From an uncultured Micavibrio sp. (GTDB lineage Bacteria > Pseudomonadota > Alphaproteobacteria > Micavibrionales > UBA1664), in assembly GCA_964350795.1 (NCBI GenBank), contig CAYGLI010000004.1, positions 1 through 56,681 of the forward strand: DNA of 56,681 nt. The letters run 5' to 3'. Position numbers and translations under genes: made by a program. Below the pieces are notes generated by a model. That model saw nothing but the letters and a program-made list of their open reading frames with translations. It searched no databases and was not told where the DNA came from. Below, piece after piece: positions 9,431 through 20,612 of the stretch; position 1 is the stretch's first letter; the number at the start of each line of letters is the position of its first letter.

Positions 9431-12289
9431 CTAGGCTACTTTTTTATTCTTTACCTGTGACTTTAACAACGGCGCCAAATACTCCGCCGTATAGCTTTCC
9501 CTTACCTTACAGATATTCTCTGGCGTTCCCACCGCCATAATCTGCCCGCCACCTGTTCCGCCTTCGGGGCCGACATCTATAATATGGTCAGCGGTTTTGA
9601 CGACTTCTAGGTTATGTTCGATGATGACAACGCTGTTGCCTTGATCGACCAGCGTGTGCAGAACCTCTAATAATTTTTTCACATCCTCGAAATGGAGACC
9701 TGTTGTGGGTTCATCCAAGATATAGAGCGTTTTACCCGTGGAGCGTTTTGCCAATTCCTTGGATAATTTAACGCGTTGCGCTTCGCCGCCACTCAATGTA
9801 TTCGCCTGTTGCCCGACCTTGATGTAGCCCAAACCAACCTGCATAAGCGTTTCCATTTTTGTGCGGATGGTCGGCACGGCCTTGAAAAAGTCACAAGCGT
9901 CTTCGATGGTCATATCCAGCACATCGGCAATCGATTTGCCCTTGAATTTCACCTCTAGTGTTTCGCGGTTATAACGTTTGCCTTTACAGGTTTCGCATTC
10001 GACAAAGACATCGGGCAGGAAGTGCATTTCGATTTTAATAACACCATCCCCTTGGCAAGCCTCGCATCGTCCGCCCTTCACATTGAATGAAAAACGTCCA
10101 GCGTTATATCCGCGCATTTTGGATTCGGGTAATCCCGCGTACCAATCACGAATATGCGTAAACGCGCCCGTATATGTGGCGGGGTTTGACCGCGGAGTGC
10201 GCCCGATGGGTGATTGGTCAATATCAATGACCTTATCAACATGTTCCAATCCACGGATATCTTTATACGGCATCGGTATATCCTTGGTACGCATAATCGC
10301 ACGCGCCGCGGCCTTATAAAACGTATCCAAAATTAATGTTGATTTCCCAGATCCAGAAACCCCAGTAACACAAGTCATCACACCAAGTGGAATATCCACG
10401 GATACATTTTGCAGGTTATTACCCGTCGCGCCCTTTAACGAGATAGATTGACCCTTTTTCGGTTTACGGCGAGTCGTGGGTAATGGTACTTCTCTACGCC
10501 CCGTCAGATAATCAGCGGTGAGTGAATTTTTAGACTTCATCACCTCGGCTGGTGTCCCCTCGGCGACAATCGTTCCACCATTCACCCCTGCACCAGGGCC
10601 CATATCAATCAGGTAATCCGCCAAACGGATGGCGTCTTCGTCATGTTCAACCACAATTACGGTATTTCCGATATCGCGCAATCGTTTAAGCGTTTCCAAT
10701 AAACGGTTGTTATCGCGTTGGTGTAACCCAATGGATGGTTCATCCAACACATATAAAACGCCTGTCAATCCAGACCCAATTTGCGAGGCAAGGCGAATAC
10801 GTTGCGATTCACCACCCGATAGCGTCCCTGCGCGTCTGTCCAAGGACAAATATCCCAACCCGACATTCATAAGGAACGTTAGACGTTCATTGATTTCTTT
10901 AAGTATCTTTTCCGCGATTTGTGATTGTTGTTTGGTCAATTTTTTATCGACATTGGCAAACCATTCACACGCCTTTTCGATAGAAAATTGTGTTGTTTGT
11001 CCAATGTGTAATTTATCAATCTTCACCGCCATGGCCTCGGCCTTTAGGCGATATCCATCACATGTATTGCAAGGTGTTGATTGTTGATATTCGGATAATT
11101 CCTCGCGTACGCGGTTGGATTCCGTTTCAACCATGCGACGTTTTAGATTGCCGATGACGCCTTCGAACGGTTTGTTATTTGTCCATGTGTTGCGTTCGGA
11201 TTCATATGTTGTTTGAATTTTGTCTTTGCCTGATCCATGTAAAATAATATCACGATATTTTTGATCTAATTTATTCCATGGCGTGGTCATTTTGAACCCG
11301 TAATGGTCGGCAACACCTTGCAAAGCCTGTTGGTAATATCCGCCAAATGTCCCCTTTGACCATGGCGCGATTGCCCCCGCCTTTAGTGTCAACATTGGGT
11401 TTGGTACAACCAAGTTTTCATCAAAATCATGCTTTTCACCCAATCCATCACATGCGGGACATGCCCCATGCGGATTGTTAAACGAAAATAATCGCGGTTC
11501 AATTTCGGCAATGGTAAAACCAGACACAGGGCAGGCGAATTTTTCGGAAAAAATTGTTTCGTCGCCCGTGGTTGCGTCCTCAACGATACATAACCCATCG
11601 GCGGTACGAAGTGCCGTTTCGATTGAATCCGCCAAACGATTGCCGATATCGGATTTTAATACCAAACGGTCAATCACAACGGAAATATCATGCTTTAATT
11701 TTTTATTGAGTTCGGGAACTTCGTCGATCTCATAAAATGTGCCGTCAACCTTAACGCGTTGAAAACCCTTTGCCTGAAATTCTTTGAATTCCTTACGGTA
11801 TTCGCCTTTGCGACCGCGGACGATGGGGGCGATGATGTAAAGCTTCGTCCCCTCCTCCATCGTCATCACACGGTCCACCATTTGCGATACGGTTTGCGAT
11901 TCAATGGGTAAACCTGTTGCTGGAGAATAAGGGACACCCACTCTCGCCCAAAGAAGGCGCATATAATCATAAATTTCGGTCACTGTCCCGACAATTGAGC
12001 GTGGGTTTTTTGATGTTGTTTTTTGTTCAATCGAAATGGCGGGTGACAACCCCTCTATCGAATCCACATCGGGTTTTTGCATCATTTCCAAAAATTGACG
12101 GGCATAGGCGGACAGCGATTCAACATACCGACGTTGCCCCTCGGCATAAATCGTATCAAACGCCAAGGATGATTTCCCCGACCCCGACAAACCCGTAATC
12201 ACAACAAGTTTGTCACGCGGAATGTCAACATTCACGTTTTTTAAATTATGCTCCCGCGCCCCGCGGATTGATATTTCGGTTAGTGCCAT
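9431..12289 (-). CDS. uvrA: Excinuclease ABC subunit A
   Basis: Two ABC ATPase modules ([18 protein letters not shown]) and zinc-finger Cys clusters. I prefer the start at Met16 of the track ORF ([18 protein letters not shown]) because GGAGA lies 5 nt upstream. The track ORF extends to 12334. Confidence 0.96.
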   Translation of the reverse strand: MALTEISIRGAREHNLKNVNVDIPRDKLVVITGLSGSGKSSLAFDTIYAEGQRRYVESLSAYARQFLEMMQKPDVDSIEGLSPAISIEQKTTSKNPRSIVGTVTEIYDYMRLLWARVGVPYSPATGLPIESQTVSQMVDRVMTMEEGTKLYIIAPIVRGRKGEYRKEFKEFQAKGFQRVKVDGTFYEIDEVPELNKKLKHDISVVIDRLVLKSDIGNRLADSIETALRTADGLCIVEDATTGDETIFSEKFACPVSGFTIAEIEPRLFSFNNPHGACPACDGLGEKHDFDENLVVPNPMLTLKAGAIAPWSKGTFGGYYQQALQGVADHYGFKMTTPWNKLDQKYRDIILHGSGKDKIQTTYESERNTWTNNKPFEGVIGNLKRRMVETESNRVREELSEYQQSTPCNTCDGYRLKAEAMAVKIDKLHIGQTTQFSIEKACEWFANVDKKLTKQQSQIAEKILKEINERLTFLMNVGLGYLSLDRRAGTLSGGESQRIRLASQIGSGLTGVLYVLDEPSIGLHQRDNNRLLETLKRLRDIGNTVIVVEHDEDAIRLADYLIDMGPGAGVNGGTIVAEGTPAEVMKSKNSLTADYLTGRREVPLPTTRRKPKKGQSISLKGATGNNLQNVSVDIPLGVMTCVTGVSGSGKSTLILDTFYKAAARAIMRTKDIPMPYKDIRGLEHVDKVIDIDQSPIGRTPRSNPATYTGAFTHIRDWYAGLPESKMRGYNAGRFSFNVKGGRCEACQGDGVIKIEMHFLPDVFVECETCKGKRYNRETLEVKFKGKSIADVLDMTIEDACDFFKAVPTIRTKMETLMQVGLGYIKVGQQANTLSGGEAQRVKLSKELAKRSTGKTLYILDEPTTGLHFEDVKKLLEVLHTLVDQGNSVVIIEHNLEVVKTADHIIDVGPEGGTGGGQIMAVGTPENICKVRESYTAEYLAPLLKSQVKNKKVA

Positions 12290-12350
12290 TCTATCTCCAT
12301 CATTTCGAGGACCGTGAGTAACGTGGCGATCCATATAATTTAGGATTGAA

Positions 12351-12380
12351 ACGCAAAGTCACGCGAAGTCTCGCAAAGTT
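12351..12380. repeat. Three tandem 10-bp CGCAAAG-type units
   Basis: acgcaaagtc / acgcgaagtc / tcgcaaagtt with exact 10-bp phasing. The unit is the same as in the arms of the 40511-40601 palindrome. Confidence 0.6.
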
Positions 12381-12394
12381 TTTTATTGCTCTAT

Positions 12395-12464
12395 TGTCAT
12401 CCTGAGTGAAACGAAGGATCTCTGCTTAACCGCGAGCGGATTCTTCTCTACGTTCAGAATGACA
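12395..12464. repeat. Palindromic MITE-like element (GTCATYCTGAG...CTCAGAATGAC family), copy 1
   Basis: tgtcatcctgagtgaaacgaaggatc...gattcttctctacgttcagaatgaca. It is self-complementary and lies in the uvrA/acyltransferase divergent intergenic region. Confidence 0.8.
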
Positions 12465-12554
12465 GTGTTTTATGAAAGGTAATATGGCGTTTTATAACGG
12501 AAAAGCAAATTAAATTTCCTTTTATTCGCAACCGAATCTCTTTAATGTCAAATT

Positions 12555-13436
12555 ATGTTACGAACAGATATGTTTTCATACGCGTCGGAAAATTATCATT
12601 TCCTTAAACGCAGCTTCATTCGCTCGATCGAGTTGTTGACGGGTCAGCGCAGGATTTATGATTTGTACAAACAATATCATTCTGAAATGGCGGAAACCGA
12701 GCATTTCTTTTTTGATCAGGCCGTTAATCGTTTAGACCTGAATATTAATTACAACACCGATGCATTGAATAATATTCCAAAAACAGGGTCATTGGTGATT
12801 GTCGCCAATCACCCTTATGGTGTTTTGGACGGCATTGTGATGAACCATTTGGTTCATAAAATCCGCAAGGACTTCAAGGTGTTGACGAATACCGCGCTTT
12901 TTAAAATGAAGGAAGCCAACCCCACCCTTCTCCCCATTGATTTTGATATGACCGAAGAGGCGATGCGTACAAATATTGAAACGCGTAAAACCGCGCGTGG
13001 CATTTTAAAAAATGGTGGTTGCATTGCGGTGTTTGCCGCCGGTGGTGTGTCATCCATTCCAACATGGAAGGATAAAGTCGCACAGGACACCGAATGGCAA
13101 CCATTTATCGGGTCATTAATTCAAGGTTCCAACGCGACCGTTGTCCCGTTTTTTTTTGAAGGACAGAACAGCCGCCTGTTTCAATTGGCGTCCCTCGTAT
13201 CACCAACGGCACGCCTATCATTATTTATCAAGGAATTAGCAGACCGTATTGGGTCTCGCGTTGGCGTGCAAATTGGTAAGCCCATCCCCAATAGTGAATT
13301 AGCGCATTTAAATGATAAGGTTGAATTGGTTCACCACCTGCGCACGGAAACATATAAATTAGGAGGTATGGACACCCTGCCCCCGCCCGTCCCCGCCTAT
13401 CGTATAGACCCAAAATCCCTTAAAAAAAAGAAATAA
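12555..13436 (+). CDS. Lysophospholipid acyltransferase (LPLAT) superfamily protein
   Basis: 293 aa. The acyltransferase-like block is VANHPYGVLDG followed by FAAGGVS. Subfamily and substrate cannot be determined from sequence alone. Confidence 0.6.
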   Translation: MLRTDMFSYASENYHFLKRSFIRSIELLTGQRRIYDLYKQYHSEMAETEHFFFDQAVNRLDLNINYNTDALNNIPKTGSLVIVANHPYGVLDGIVMNHLVHKIRKDFKVLTNTALFKMKEANPTLLPIDFDMTEEAMRTNIETRKTARGILKNGGCIAVFAAGGVSSIPTWKDKVAQDTEWQPFIGSLIQGSNATVVPFFFEGQNSRLFQLASLVSPTARLSLFIKELADRIGSRVGVQIGKPIPNSELAHLNDKVELVHHLRTETYKLGGMDTLPPPVPAYRIDPKSLKKKK

Positions 13437-13476
13437 TTCACTTGACTTATTTTTATAATTACCATAAAAAATAGTC

Positions 13477-13995
13477 ATGTTGAAAATAAATCAGTCACAG
13501 ACCTTAATATTGAAAGCGTTTTTCAATCAATCCGCCGTTATTATTCCCAAAGGTGAAATATGCCTAACGCACCCCTCATCAGCTAATGCACATAAGGTTA
13601 GAGAAAGAACATCGAATGAAAACAACATCAAAGGGTTACTTATAAAATTAACACCAGCGAATCAGTATTATGTTGGAACTCCAGACGGTCGATATAATAT
13701 CTCTGCACATAGAAATCTTGGAATTATCATTTCTGGTGCAAAAGATTTACGAATTTTATCATCAAAATTTATGCTTAGAGAGGAATCAGAGTCATTAAAT
13801 CAAAATCTTTTTTACCAATTCAACGCGCTCTGCCTTGCATATCTCTCTGGTGAGACAACACAAACCATGAGGCAACGTCCTGACGCGATTCTTCCAAACG
13901 CAAATCCAAAACAACGCACTCAAGCTTTTGCATTAATTGAACATGTTGGTTTTTACGAAGGTTTAAAGGCTGTAAGAAAAATTGTACTGTCATAA
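13477..13995 (+). CDS. Hypothetical protein (172 aa)
   Basis: Long ORF in an A+T-rich stretch, with no recognisable motif and no SD. It abuts the following RHH gene. Confidence 0.35.
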   Translation: MLKINQSQTLILKAFFNQSAVIIPKGEICLTHPSSANAHKVRERTSNENNIKGLLIKLTPANQYYVGTPDGRYNISAHRNLGIIISGAKDLRILSSKFMLREESESLNQNLFYQFNALCLAYLSGETTQTMRQRPDAILPNANPKQRTQAFALIEHVGFYEGLKAVRKIVLS

Positions 13996-13996
13996 A

Positions 13997-14227
13997 ATGA
14001 AAAAACATTCTGTGACCCTGCGTGGTCATGCGACATCGATTACGTTAGAAGACGAATTTTGGGTGATATTCAAACAGATCGCCAAAGATAAAGACCAATC
14101 AATTGCATCCCTCATTGATGAAATTGATGATAAACGCCTTGAAACAACCACAGGCGGATTATCGTCCGCCATACGGGTTTATGTTTTGAATCATGTTATT
14201 TCGCTAGCTGGTCAAACAACCCTTTAA
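13997..14227 (+). CDS. Ribbon-helix-helix domain protein (RHH_4-like)
   Basis: MKKHSVTLRGHATSITLEDEFW...SLIDEIDD...LSSAIRVYVL matches the small alphaproteobacterial RHH family pattern. I prefer the start at the second in-frame Met; the track ORF starts at 13982. Confidence 0.6.
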   Translation: MKKHSVTLRGHATSITLEDEFWVIFKQIAKDKDQSIASLIDEIDDKRLETTTGGLSSAIRVYVLNHVISLAGQTTL

Positions 14228-16877
14228 TTAATTGTTCTTCCAATTTTGGTTGCGTTTGAGGTTCACTTGGCGCAACGGCCTGTGGTTCTGCCTCGATATT
14301 ATCATTTGCCGCGGGTGCTGGTGTTGGTTGAACCTGTTTCTGAGGTTGTTGCGGTAAGCCTAATAAATTATTGATTATTCCTGCGGCAGGGCTATCCGTG
14401 CCCAACTTATCGCCAATCAATTCATTCACTTTATTTTGGATTTTCGCGCCATATTTATTTTTAATAAAACTGACCAAAATATCATTAGCAACACTTTGTT
14501 GTGGTGCGTTTAGTGGCCCTTTAAGTGTCATTTCAACAGACGGCAAATCATCAGGGTTCGTAAAATCAACCGTGTTTTTAACATTCATGGTCCATGAGGC
14601 GAAATTCACCGTTCCATCGGAAATAATATTTGCCGTTGGTGATACAAGCGTTAATGCATTTAATGGCATTGCACCTTCACGAATAACAATTGGATGATCC
14701 AACGCTACGAACGGTGTTTGGCCTGTTTTAAAGGCGCCCTGAACAACCGCAGCCAAATCAGTTAAACTTTCATCCGAAATCGCCTCGGTCACCTTACCCA
14801 AATCGATACCTTTGATAATCATATCGCTTGTCGTGATTTTACCATCACCGTTTAATGCATAGATTAATGCCGATGATGAAAGACCCGTTGTCGAGAGGTC
14901 GATATTAAAACTAGCCGTTCCAACAACGCGTTCTTTATTTTGAGATAACGCGGCCTTCACCAATTTTGATAAATCAATATTGGATGTCGCAATTTTGGAT
15001 GTGATTGATAATGGTTGCCCTTCGGCCTTTGCGCTCAAGCGTCCGGATAAATCAACTGAACCGTCAAATAATCCACCCTTGATGGTATTGATATCCAAAA
15101 CACCATTATTCAAATCAATATCAATTGTTGGGTTTGATATCAACCATGTGCCATGCACCAATTGATCGGCCTTGGCGGTTAAATCAATATTCATTGCGCG
15201 CAGAGCCGATGTGTCAATTGCATCACGTGTCCATGGTGCCGATGTGGATTTTGATGAAGACGCAGACGCACCACCCGATGATTTATTCGCCGTTGATGTT
15301 TTACCCGTCATTAATTCACGCGTATCCAAATTCCCAAATTGCAAATCGGCCTTAATGGATGGAATTGCGCCACCATTATTCATGGATAATGATCCCTTGG
15401 CATCAATTGTGCCTATTTTTGCGGTCATGTTTGACACGTCAATCATATCACCCTGTGTTTTGACCAAACCCGCAAGCGCGAATGGTTTGGATAAATTATC
15501 ACTGGATTGGAAATCCTTTTGAAACACCTTTATAAATTGTGCGGCGTTTGGATGGGACACAGATACATTCACGCCCTGCGCCATATTCAATGTTCCATTG
15601 GCCTTGATATTCGCGCCTTCAAAATTTTGAATCGCCAAATTTATTTTTGCTGGTTCACCTGTTTGATATTGAATATTCGTTCCTGCCAATTTATACGTTC
15701 CCACCATCAATGATTGTGATGTTAATGCCATGACATCACCTAATGATGCCTTGATATCACCCGTAATTTTGTTCGGCACTTGTGGGTTATTGAATGTTTT
15801 TGCCTCGACCACCCCCAATGTATCAACCGCAATCATCTTGATGTTTTGAATATCAATTTGTCCGCTTAATGTTGTTGCATCACCCATGGCAATGTCCAAA
15901 TCAACCATTCCACCACCAGGAAGTCCCTGAATTTTAACAGAGCCTTTCTTGGCATCAGTCATAAAATTAAATTTGACGGGCATGGCCTTTGCTCCACCCA
16001 ATTTCAATTGACCATTATCCAAACGAATGGCCTTTGGCGACCCCGCAATCAGACCAGTCAACGCCATCGATTGATCCTTGATTTTAATATCCTTTGCACC
16101 AAATTGCGCCGCAAGCGATTGAATGGAATTGGCGTTTACGGATAATTCACCCTGAACCTCTGGCTCATCCTTAGTCAAATCAACAAGCCCACTGTAAGAT
16201 AATGCATATGCACCACCATTGATATTAAGTGATGTTGTTAATGGTTTTGTTTTATCAAATTCACCAATTTTACCATCCAATTCCAAATCAAATGTTTGGT
16301 ATAAAATGCGTCCATCAAATGCAAATGGCCCAGTCAAACTATCGGCATTTAATGTCATTTTTGGTAACTCAACGCTCATCACCTCGCCTGAGAGTGGCTT
16401 GTAAGATAATTTTGCATTTTCTAAATACACGTTATCCAATTGAACATTCGGCGATGCTTTTGGTTCAGTCGCGCTATCCGATGTTAATTGTTCCAATTGT
16501 TTTTGTGCCTCGGTTGCAACCTGTTGTTCACGCGCATCGACAACTGGATTAATCAATGTCACGTCACTAACGGCTATATTCCTCGACAAAAGCGGCATAA
16601 AGGCCAATGATACCGATGCCTTTTCAACCTGTGCCTTAAATGCGACAGGGCCTTTGGCGCCTGCACTATCGATTGCAACCTTATTAATAACCACATGGGG
16701 TGTGGGCAGGAAGGCAGCGCGTAATTCACCATTAATCTCTAATTGATATCCTGTTGCCTTTTCAACCTGCGTTTTGATTTGACCTTTATATTGTGACCAA
16801 TCAATAAATGAAGGGACAATAAACGCCCCCGCAATCAAAATTAAAAATACAAATAGGATGGATAAGAGTGCTTTCAT
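14196..16877 (-). CDS. AsmA family outer-membrane biogenesis protein
   Basis: 893 aa. An N-terminal anchor (LLSILFVFLILIAGAFIV) is followed by a long beta-rich repetitive body, as is typical of AsmA-like proteins. Confidence 0.8.
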   Translation of the reverse strand: MKALLSILFVFLILIAGAFIVPSFIDWSQYKGQIKTQVEKATGYQLEINGELRAAFLPTPHVVINKVAIDSAGAKGPVAFKAQVEKASVSLAFMPLLSRNIAVSDVTLINPVVDAREQQVATEAQKQLEQLTSDSATEPKASPNVQLDNVYLENAKLSYKPLSGEVMSVELPKMTLNADSLTGPFAFDGRILYQTFDLELDGKIGEFDKTKPLTTSLNINGGAYALSYSGLVDLTKDEPEVQGELSVNANSIQSLAAQFGAKDIKIKDQSMALTGLIAGSPKAIRLDNGQLKLGGAKAMPVKFNFMTDAKKGSVKIQGLPGGGMVDLDIAMGDATTLSGQIDIQNIKMIAVDTLGVVEAKTFNNPQVPNKITGDIKASLGDVMALTSQSLMVGTYKLAGTNIQYQTGEPAKINLAIQNFEGANIKANGTLNMAQGVNVSVSHPNAAQFIKVFQKDFQSSDNLSKPFALAGLVKTQGDMIDVSNMTAKIGTIDAKGSLSMNNGGAIPSIKADLQFGNLDTRELMTGKTSTANKSSGGASASSSKSTSAPWTRDAIDTSALRAMNIDLTAKADQLVHGTWLISNPTIDIDLNNGVLDINTIKGGLFDGSVDLSGRLSAKAEGQPLSITSKIATSNIDLSKLVKAALSQNKERVVGTASFNIDLSTTGLSSSALIYALNGDGKITTSDMIIKGIDLGKVTEAISDESLTDLAAVVQGAFKTGQTPFVALDHPIVIREGAMPLNALTLVSPTANIISDGTVNFASWTMNVKNTVDFTNPDDLPSVEMTLKGPLNAPQQSVANDILVSFIKNKYGAKIQNKVNELIGDKLGTDSPAAGIINNLLGLPQQPQKQVQPTPAPAANDNIEAEPQAVAPSEPQTQPKLEEQLIKGLFDQLAK

Positions 16878-16952
16878 AATACGCCTTACGATTAAATGAA
16901 ATTTCAGTTCATTTATTATCTATTCCTATGGCGGAAAAATGGCAAGGCGCGA

Positions 16953-17483
16953 TTATAATTTATCGCGATATTTCTCAATAACGGTGATTAAATCGTTCAA
17001 AACAGGAAATGCATCTGATTTAAAATTATCTTTATCCTCAACAGGCATCGCCTCTAGCAGATCACGAAATATTTGATTAAGCAGTGCAATAAAATTATCA
17101 ATATTCACGCCCTTTGATTTTATAATCTCAGCATTCGAATGCAAAATGCGTTGTGACAACATATTCACAACCGCCTGAATGGCCTTATCTGATTTTTTTA
17201 AACGCGCCTTAAAATCATCACGGCGAAGAATCACAAGCGTGCAATCCTCCATCGCCTCAACAGAGGCCGTGCGGACACCATTCATCACCAAGGCCGTTTC
17301 GCCAAAAATATCACCTGGATTAAGAATTGAAAATTCAACTTTTTTACCTGTTTTATCAGAATACACACGCGCACGCCCTGATTGAAGGATATAAGCGCAA
17401 TATGCCTCCTCCCCCTCTTTGACAATGATCGAGCCCTTGGCAAAGCCCTCACGTTCAATAATATTATGCGTCTTATTATTCAT
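16953..17483 (-). CDS. Cyclic-nucleotide-binding domain protein without an HTH
   Basis: 176 aa. The cNMP-binding core is GDIFGETALV...RTASVEA, and no C-terminal DNA-binding helix-turn-helix is evident. Confidence 0.8.
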   Translation of the reverse strand: MNNKTHNIIEREGFAKGSIIVKEGEEAYCAYILQSGRARVYSDKTGKKVEFSILNPGDIFGETALVMNGVRTASVEAMEDCTLVILRRDDFKARLKKSDKAIQAVVNMLSQRILHSNAEIIKSKGVNIDNFIALLNQIFRDLLEAMPVEDKDNFKSDAFPVLNDLITVIEKYRDKL

Positions 17484-17491
17484 ATGGGTAA

Positions 17492-18205
17492 TTATGCCAT
17501 ATATTGCCCACCATTGGCAGTGATAGTTGAACCGTTAATAAATGCGGCTTTTTCCGATGCCAAAAATGATACAATGGCGGCAATTTCACTGGCCTTACCC
17601 ATGCGTCCTTTTGGAATTTGTTTTACAATATTTTCAAGCACGCCCGCATCCATAGCTTCTGTCATTTCCGTTTCGATATAGCCAGGGCAAATAGCGTTCA
17701 CCGTGATTTTTTTAATTGCGTTTTCCAATGCAAGTGATTTGGTAAATCCAATCATCCCTGCCTTTGCCGCAGAATAATTAGTTTGCCCCATCTGTCCCTT
17801 TTGACCATTAATCGATGAAATATTAATCACGCGTCCCCATGATTTTGTCCGCATATTAGGCACAATGGCACGGCACATATTAAAACAGCTGTCTAAATTA
17901 ACCGACATGACGGATTGCCAATCCTCCAATTCCATTTTATGCAACATACGATCACGCGTGATACCCGCATTATTGACCAAAATATCAACATCCAAATCCT
18001 TACATGCCTTTTGAACAGCGTTAAAATCAGAGACATCAAATTTCAATGTCTCAATGCCTGTTTCGGCCTCAAATTCTTTGGCGGCGTTTTTATTACCTGC
18101 ATAATTTGCAATCACACGATAACCATCGGCCTTTAATGCCTTTGATATTTCCGCACCAATGCCACGCGTTCCACCTGTTACTAACGCTGTTTTTTTATTT
18201 GTCAT
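17492..18205 (-). CDS. phaB: Acetoacetyl-CoA reductase
   Basis: SDR with TGGTRGIG and NAGITRD motifs, length and sequence typical of PhaB. The start is taken at MTNKKTALVTGG; the track ORF starts at 18217. Confidence 0.9.
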   Translation of the reverse strand: MTNKKTALVTGGTRGIGAEISKALKADGYRVIANYAGNKNAAKEFEAETGIETLKFDVSDFNAVQKACKDLDVDILVNNAGITRDRMLHKMELEDWQSVMSVNLDSCFNMCRAIVPNMRTKSWGRVINISSINGQKGQMGQTNYSAAKAGMIGFTKSLALENAIKKITVNAICPGYIETEMTEAMDAGVLENIVKQIPKGRMGKASEIAAIVSFLASEKAAFINGSTITANGGQYMA

Positions 18206-18257
18206 TTTAATTCCCACTAAAATATATTTTTGAAATCCCGCCTAATTTGCGGACCAT

Positions 18258-19439
18258 TTATCGAACTTCGATACACATTGCGATGCCCATACCACCACCA
18301 ATGCATAATGTTGCCAAGCCCTTTGATACATTGCGGCGCGTCATTTCATGAATAAGGGTAACAAGAACACGCGTTCCGCTTGCGCCAATTGGGTGTCCAA
18401 TTGCAATTGCGCCACCATTTACATTCACCTTGTCCGTCGGAAATTTCATTGCCTGCATAACACTGCATGCCTGTGCGGCAAATGCCTCGTTTGATTCAAT
18501 CAAATCCAAATCATCAACACTCCAACCTGCTTTCTCCAACGCTTTTTGTGACGCAGGGATTGGCCCTGTGCCCATCACCGATGGATCGACCCCTGCGGTG
18601 GCCCATGATTTGATAACCACCAATGGTTTCAATCCACGTTTTTTGGCCTCACTTTCGCTCATTACCATCACCGCCGCCGCACCATCATTTAACCCCGATG
18701 CATTACCGGCCGTGACCGTGCCACCATCGCGCTTAAATGCAGGGCGCAATTTTGATAACATTTCAACCGTGACACCATCGCGGATGAATTCATCTGTTTC
18801 AAAAATAATATCATCCTTACGGGTTTTGATTATCACAGGAACAATCTCACTTTTAAACTTGCCCTCTTTTTGCGCCGCCTCGGCCTTGTTTTGAGAGTTG
18901 GACGCGAATTCATCTTGCGCCTCGCGCGTAATCTTAAATTGATCCGCGATATTTTCGGCGGTGATACCCATGTGGTAATCGTTAAACGCATCCCATAACC
19001 CATCGGTTATCATGGTGTCTGTCAAGGACGCATTTCCCATTTTTGTGCCGTCACGCATATGCATACAATGCGGTGATAAAGACATGTTTTCTTGTCCGCC
19101 CGCAATAATAATTTTGGCATCACCCGATTGGATTGATTGCATCGCCATGGCAACGGACCGCAAGCCAGATCCACAGACCTGATTAATTGTCATCGCCGTA
19201 TTCGCATTTGAAATCCCTGCATGAATTGCGGCCTGGCGCGCGGGATTTTGCCCTGCGCCTGTGGTTAAAATCTGTCCCATAATCACGTCATCAATATCCG
19301 CGCCATCAACGCCCGTTTCATCCAACAGATTTTTAATAACGGTTGCGCCCAATTCATGCGCGGGCACGTTTGATATCGTTCCGCCAAATGATCCAACCGC
19401 GGTACGTTTTGCCGCAACAATAACTATATTTTCACTCAT
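18258..19439 (-). CDS. phaA: Acetyl-CoA C-acetyltransferase (beta-ketothiolase)
   Basis: 393 aa. Thiolase motifs are present ([10 protein letters not shown] active-site Cys, C-terminal [12 protein letters not shown]). Confidence 0.93.
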   Translation of the reverse strand: MSENIVIVAAKRTAVGSFGGTISNVPAHELGATVIKNLLDETGVDGADIDDVIMGQILTTGAGQNPARQAAIHAGISNANTAMTINQVCGSGLRSVAMAMQSIQSGDAKIIIAGGQENMSLSPHCMHMRDGTKMGNASLTDTMITDGLWDAFNDYHMGITAENIADQFKITREAQDEFASNSQNKAEAAQKEGKFKSEIVPVIIKTRKDDIIFETDEFIRDGVTVEMLSKLRPAFKRDGGTVTAGNASGLNDGAAAVMVMSESEAKKRGLKPLVVIKSWATAGVDPSVMGTGPIPASQKALEKAGWSVDDLDLIESNEAFAAQACSVMQAMKFPTDKVNVNGGAIAIGHPIGASGTRVLVTLIHEMTRRNVSKGLATLCIGGGMGIAMCIEVR

Positions 19440-20566
19440 GATTTTTTCCTTTTTGATATCTTATCGCTTTTTATAAAATCGACAATCGGTTTCCACGCAC
19501 CCTCCATCGATTTATCACTAGCCATTAATCCAATATGACCTGTGTTAACTTTTATAACCTGTCGGTCAGCCATTAACGGTTTTGAGGATTCCAAGGGAAC
19601 CAAATTATCATTATTTGCCACGACGACAAAAGTTTCCCGAGGCAAGTTTTTATCAGTAACAATCTTATCGTTGATCGACCATTGTCCATTCATTACCTTA
19701 TTATCACGATACCAATCAAACAGGCATGTTTGAATAACCGATTTTGAAACTGCCCTGCCCCCATTCAACCAATCTTCGACACGCACAAATCGATCTGGGT
19801 TTTGAACATCAGGGAATTTACGAAATTTCTTTAAAACCTGTAATGGATCAACCGCCCAAAATAAGGATTGGACAAAATCATTTGGTGCAATGTTATCCAT
19901 CGCATATGTCTGCACAGCCAAAGATTGAATTCGCACCATTTGGTCAACAGATTGATAGGAAAAATCCCATGGTGGGGCGATTAAAACAACCTTATTAATT
20001 TGTGTCATTAATTTTTGAAATGCCGAATACAGCGCGGCAATCATTGTACCACCCATGCAATATCCAATGATGCCTTTTATGGTATAGCCATCATTAAGCA
20101 ATTTCTGAATAAGGGGAGCGCAGTGATGTGTAATATAATCATCCAAGGATATATTTTCATCTTTTGGTTCAGCCCAATTTAAAATAACAGGAGTCAAACC
20201 CTGCCCCTTTAAAAACGCAATAAAGCTATGATCTTTTTCAATGTCCAAAATACCCCAACCATTAATCAATGATGGAACAATAAGAACAATATTTTTATCA
20301 TTCCATTTTGTACCTGTGATGAATTGCGACCCGTTTACGTCCGCAATAATTTTTATGTCTCTTATGAATGGCTGGATATCACTATCATGATAGGCCTTAA
20401 CACCGTCCATAGCCTTGACCAAAATTTCTTGTGATGCAGCAAACATATTTTCACCATCCGATGCCACGGCCATCATCGCCGCACCACCATTCAAATGCAA
20501 CCAAAGTGGGCTTGGCCCTGTGCGTATTTTCTTATGCTGCATAAAATCCTTTTGCTCCCCATCCAT
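19436..20566 (-). CDS. phaC: Short alpha/beta-hydrolase PHA synthase-like protein (class III/IV-size PhaC)
   Basis: 376 aa. Lipase-box with Cys (GYCMGG) and a C-terminal GHIG motif. There is a 4-nt ATGA overlap with phaA. An alternative start is Met9 (20542). Confidence 0.65.
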   Translation of the reverse strand: MDGEQKDFMQHKKIRTGPSPLWLHLNGGAAMMAVASDGENMFAASQEILVKAMDGVKAYHDSDIQPFIRDIKIIADVNGSQFITGTKWNDKNIVLIVPSLINGWGILDIEKDHSFIAFLKGQGLTPVILNWAEPKDENISLDDYITHHCAPLIQKLLNDGYTIKGIIGYCMGGTMIAALYSAFQKLMTQINKVVLIAPPWDFSYQSVDQMVRIQSLAVQTYAMDNIAPNDFVQSLFWAVDPLQVLKKFRKFPDVQNPDRFVRVEDWLNGGRAVSKSVIQTCLFDWYRDNKVMNGQWSINDKIVTDKNLPRETFVVVANNDNLVPLESSKPLMADRQVIKVNTGHIGLMASDKSMEGAWKPIVDFIKSDKISKRKKS

Positions 20567-20585
20567 TTTTGTGCATTAATGATAG

Positions 20586-20597
20586 GTGTAATTACAC
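20586..20597. promoter_or_regulatory. Perfect 12-bp palindrome in the phaC/phaR divergent region (candidate PhaR operator)
   Basis: gtgtaattacac lies immediately upstream of the phaR AGGAG RBS, inside a 46-70 bp intergenic region. Confidence 0.3.
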
Positions 20598-20612
20598 AGT
20601 AGGAGAAGAACA

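Noticed and set aside
9776-12198. ORFs on either strand within uvrA (for example 10629-11087 at 152 aa, 9978-10319, 11475-11735)
   Set aside because: These are shadow ORFs in or opposite a strongly supported uvrA, and none has a recognisable motif.
12290-12334. A 15-codon N-terminal extension of uvrA ([15 protein letters not shown])
   Set aside because: Conserved UvrA sequence begins at [11 protein letters not shown], and GGAGA lies 5 nt before that ATG. The extension has no RBS and is not UvrA-like.
12290-12554. An alphaproteobacterial SOS box (GTTC-N7-GTTC) upstream of uvrA
   Set aside because: I scanned the region by eye on both strands and found no direct-repeat GTTC/GAAC pair with 7-nt spacing. 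The only GAAC...TTTTC near 12563 is inside the acyltransferase CDS and does not fit the consensus.
18430-18894. A 154-aa plus-strand ORF inside phaA, and similar ORFs inside phaB, phaC and the AsmA-family gene (14371-14697, 15172-15522, 16229-16552, 17382-17681)
   Set aside because: They are antisense to well-supported genes, and their Ser/Pro/Ala-rich composition is typical of frame shadows.
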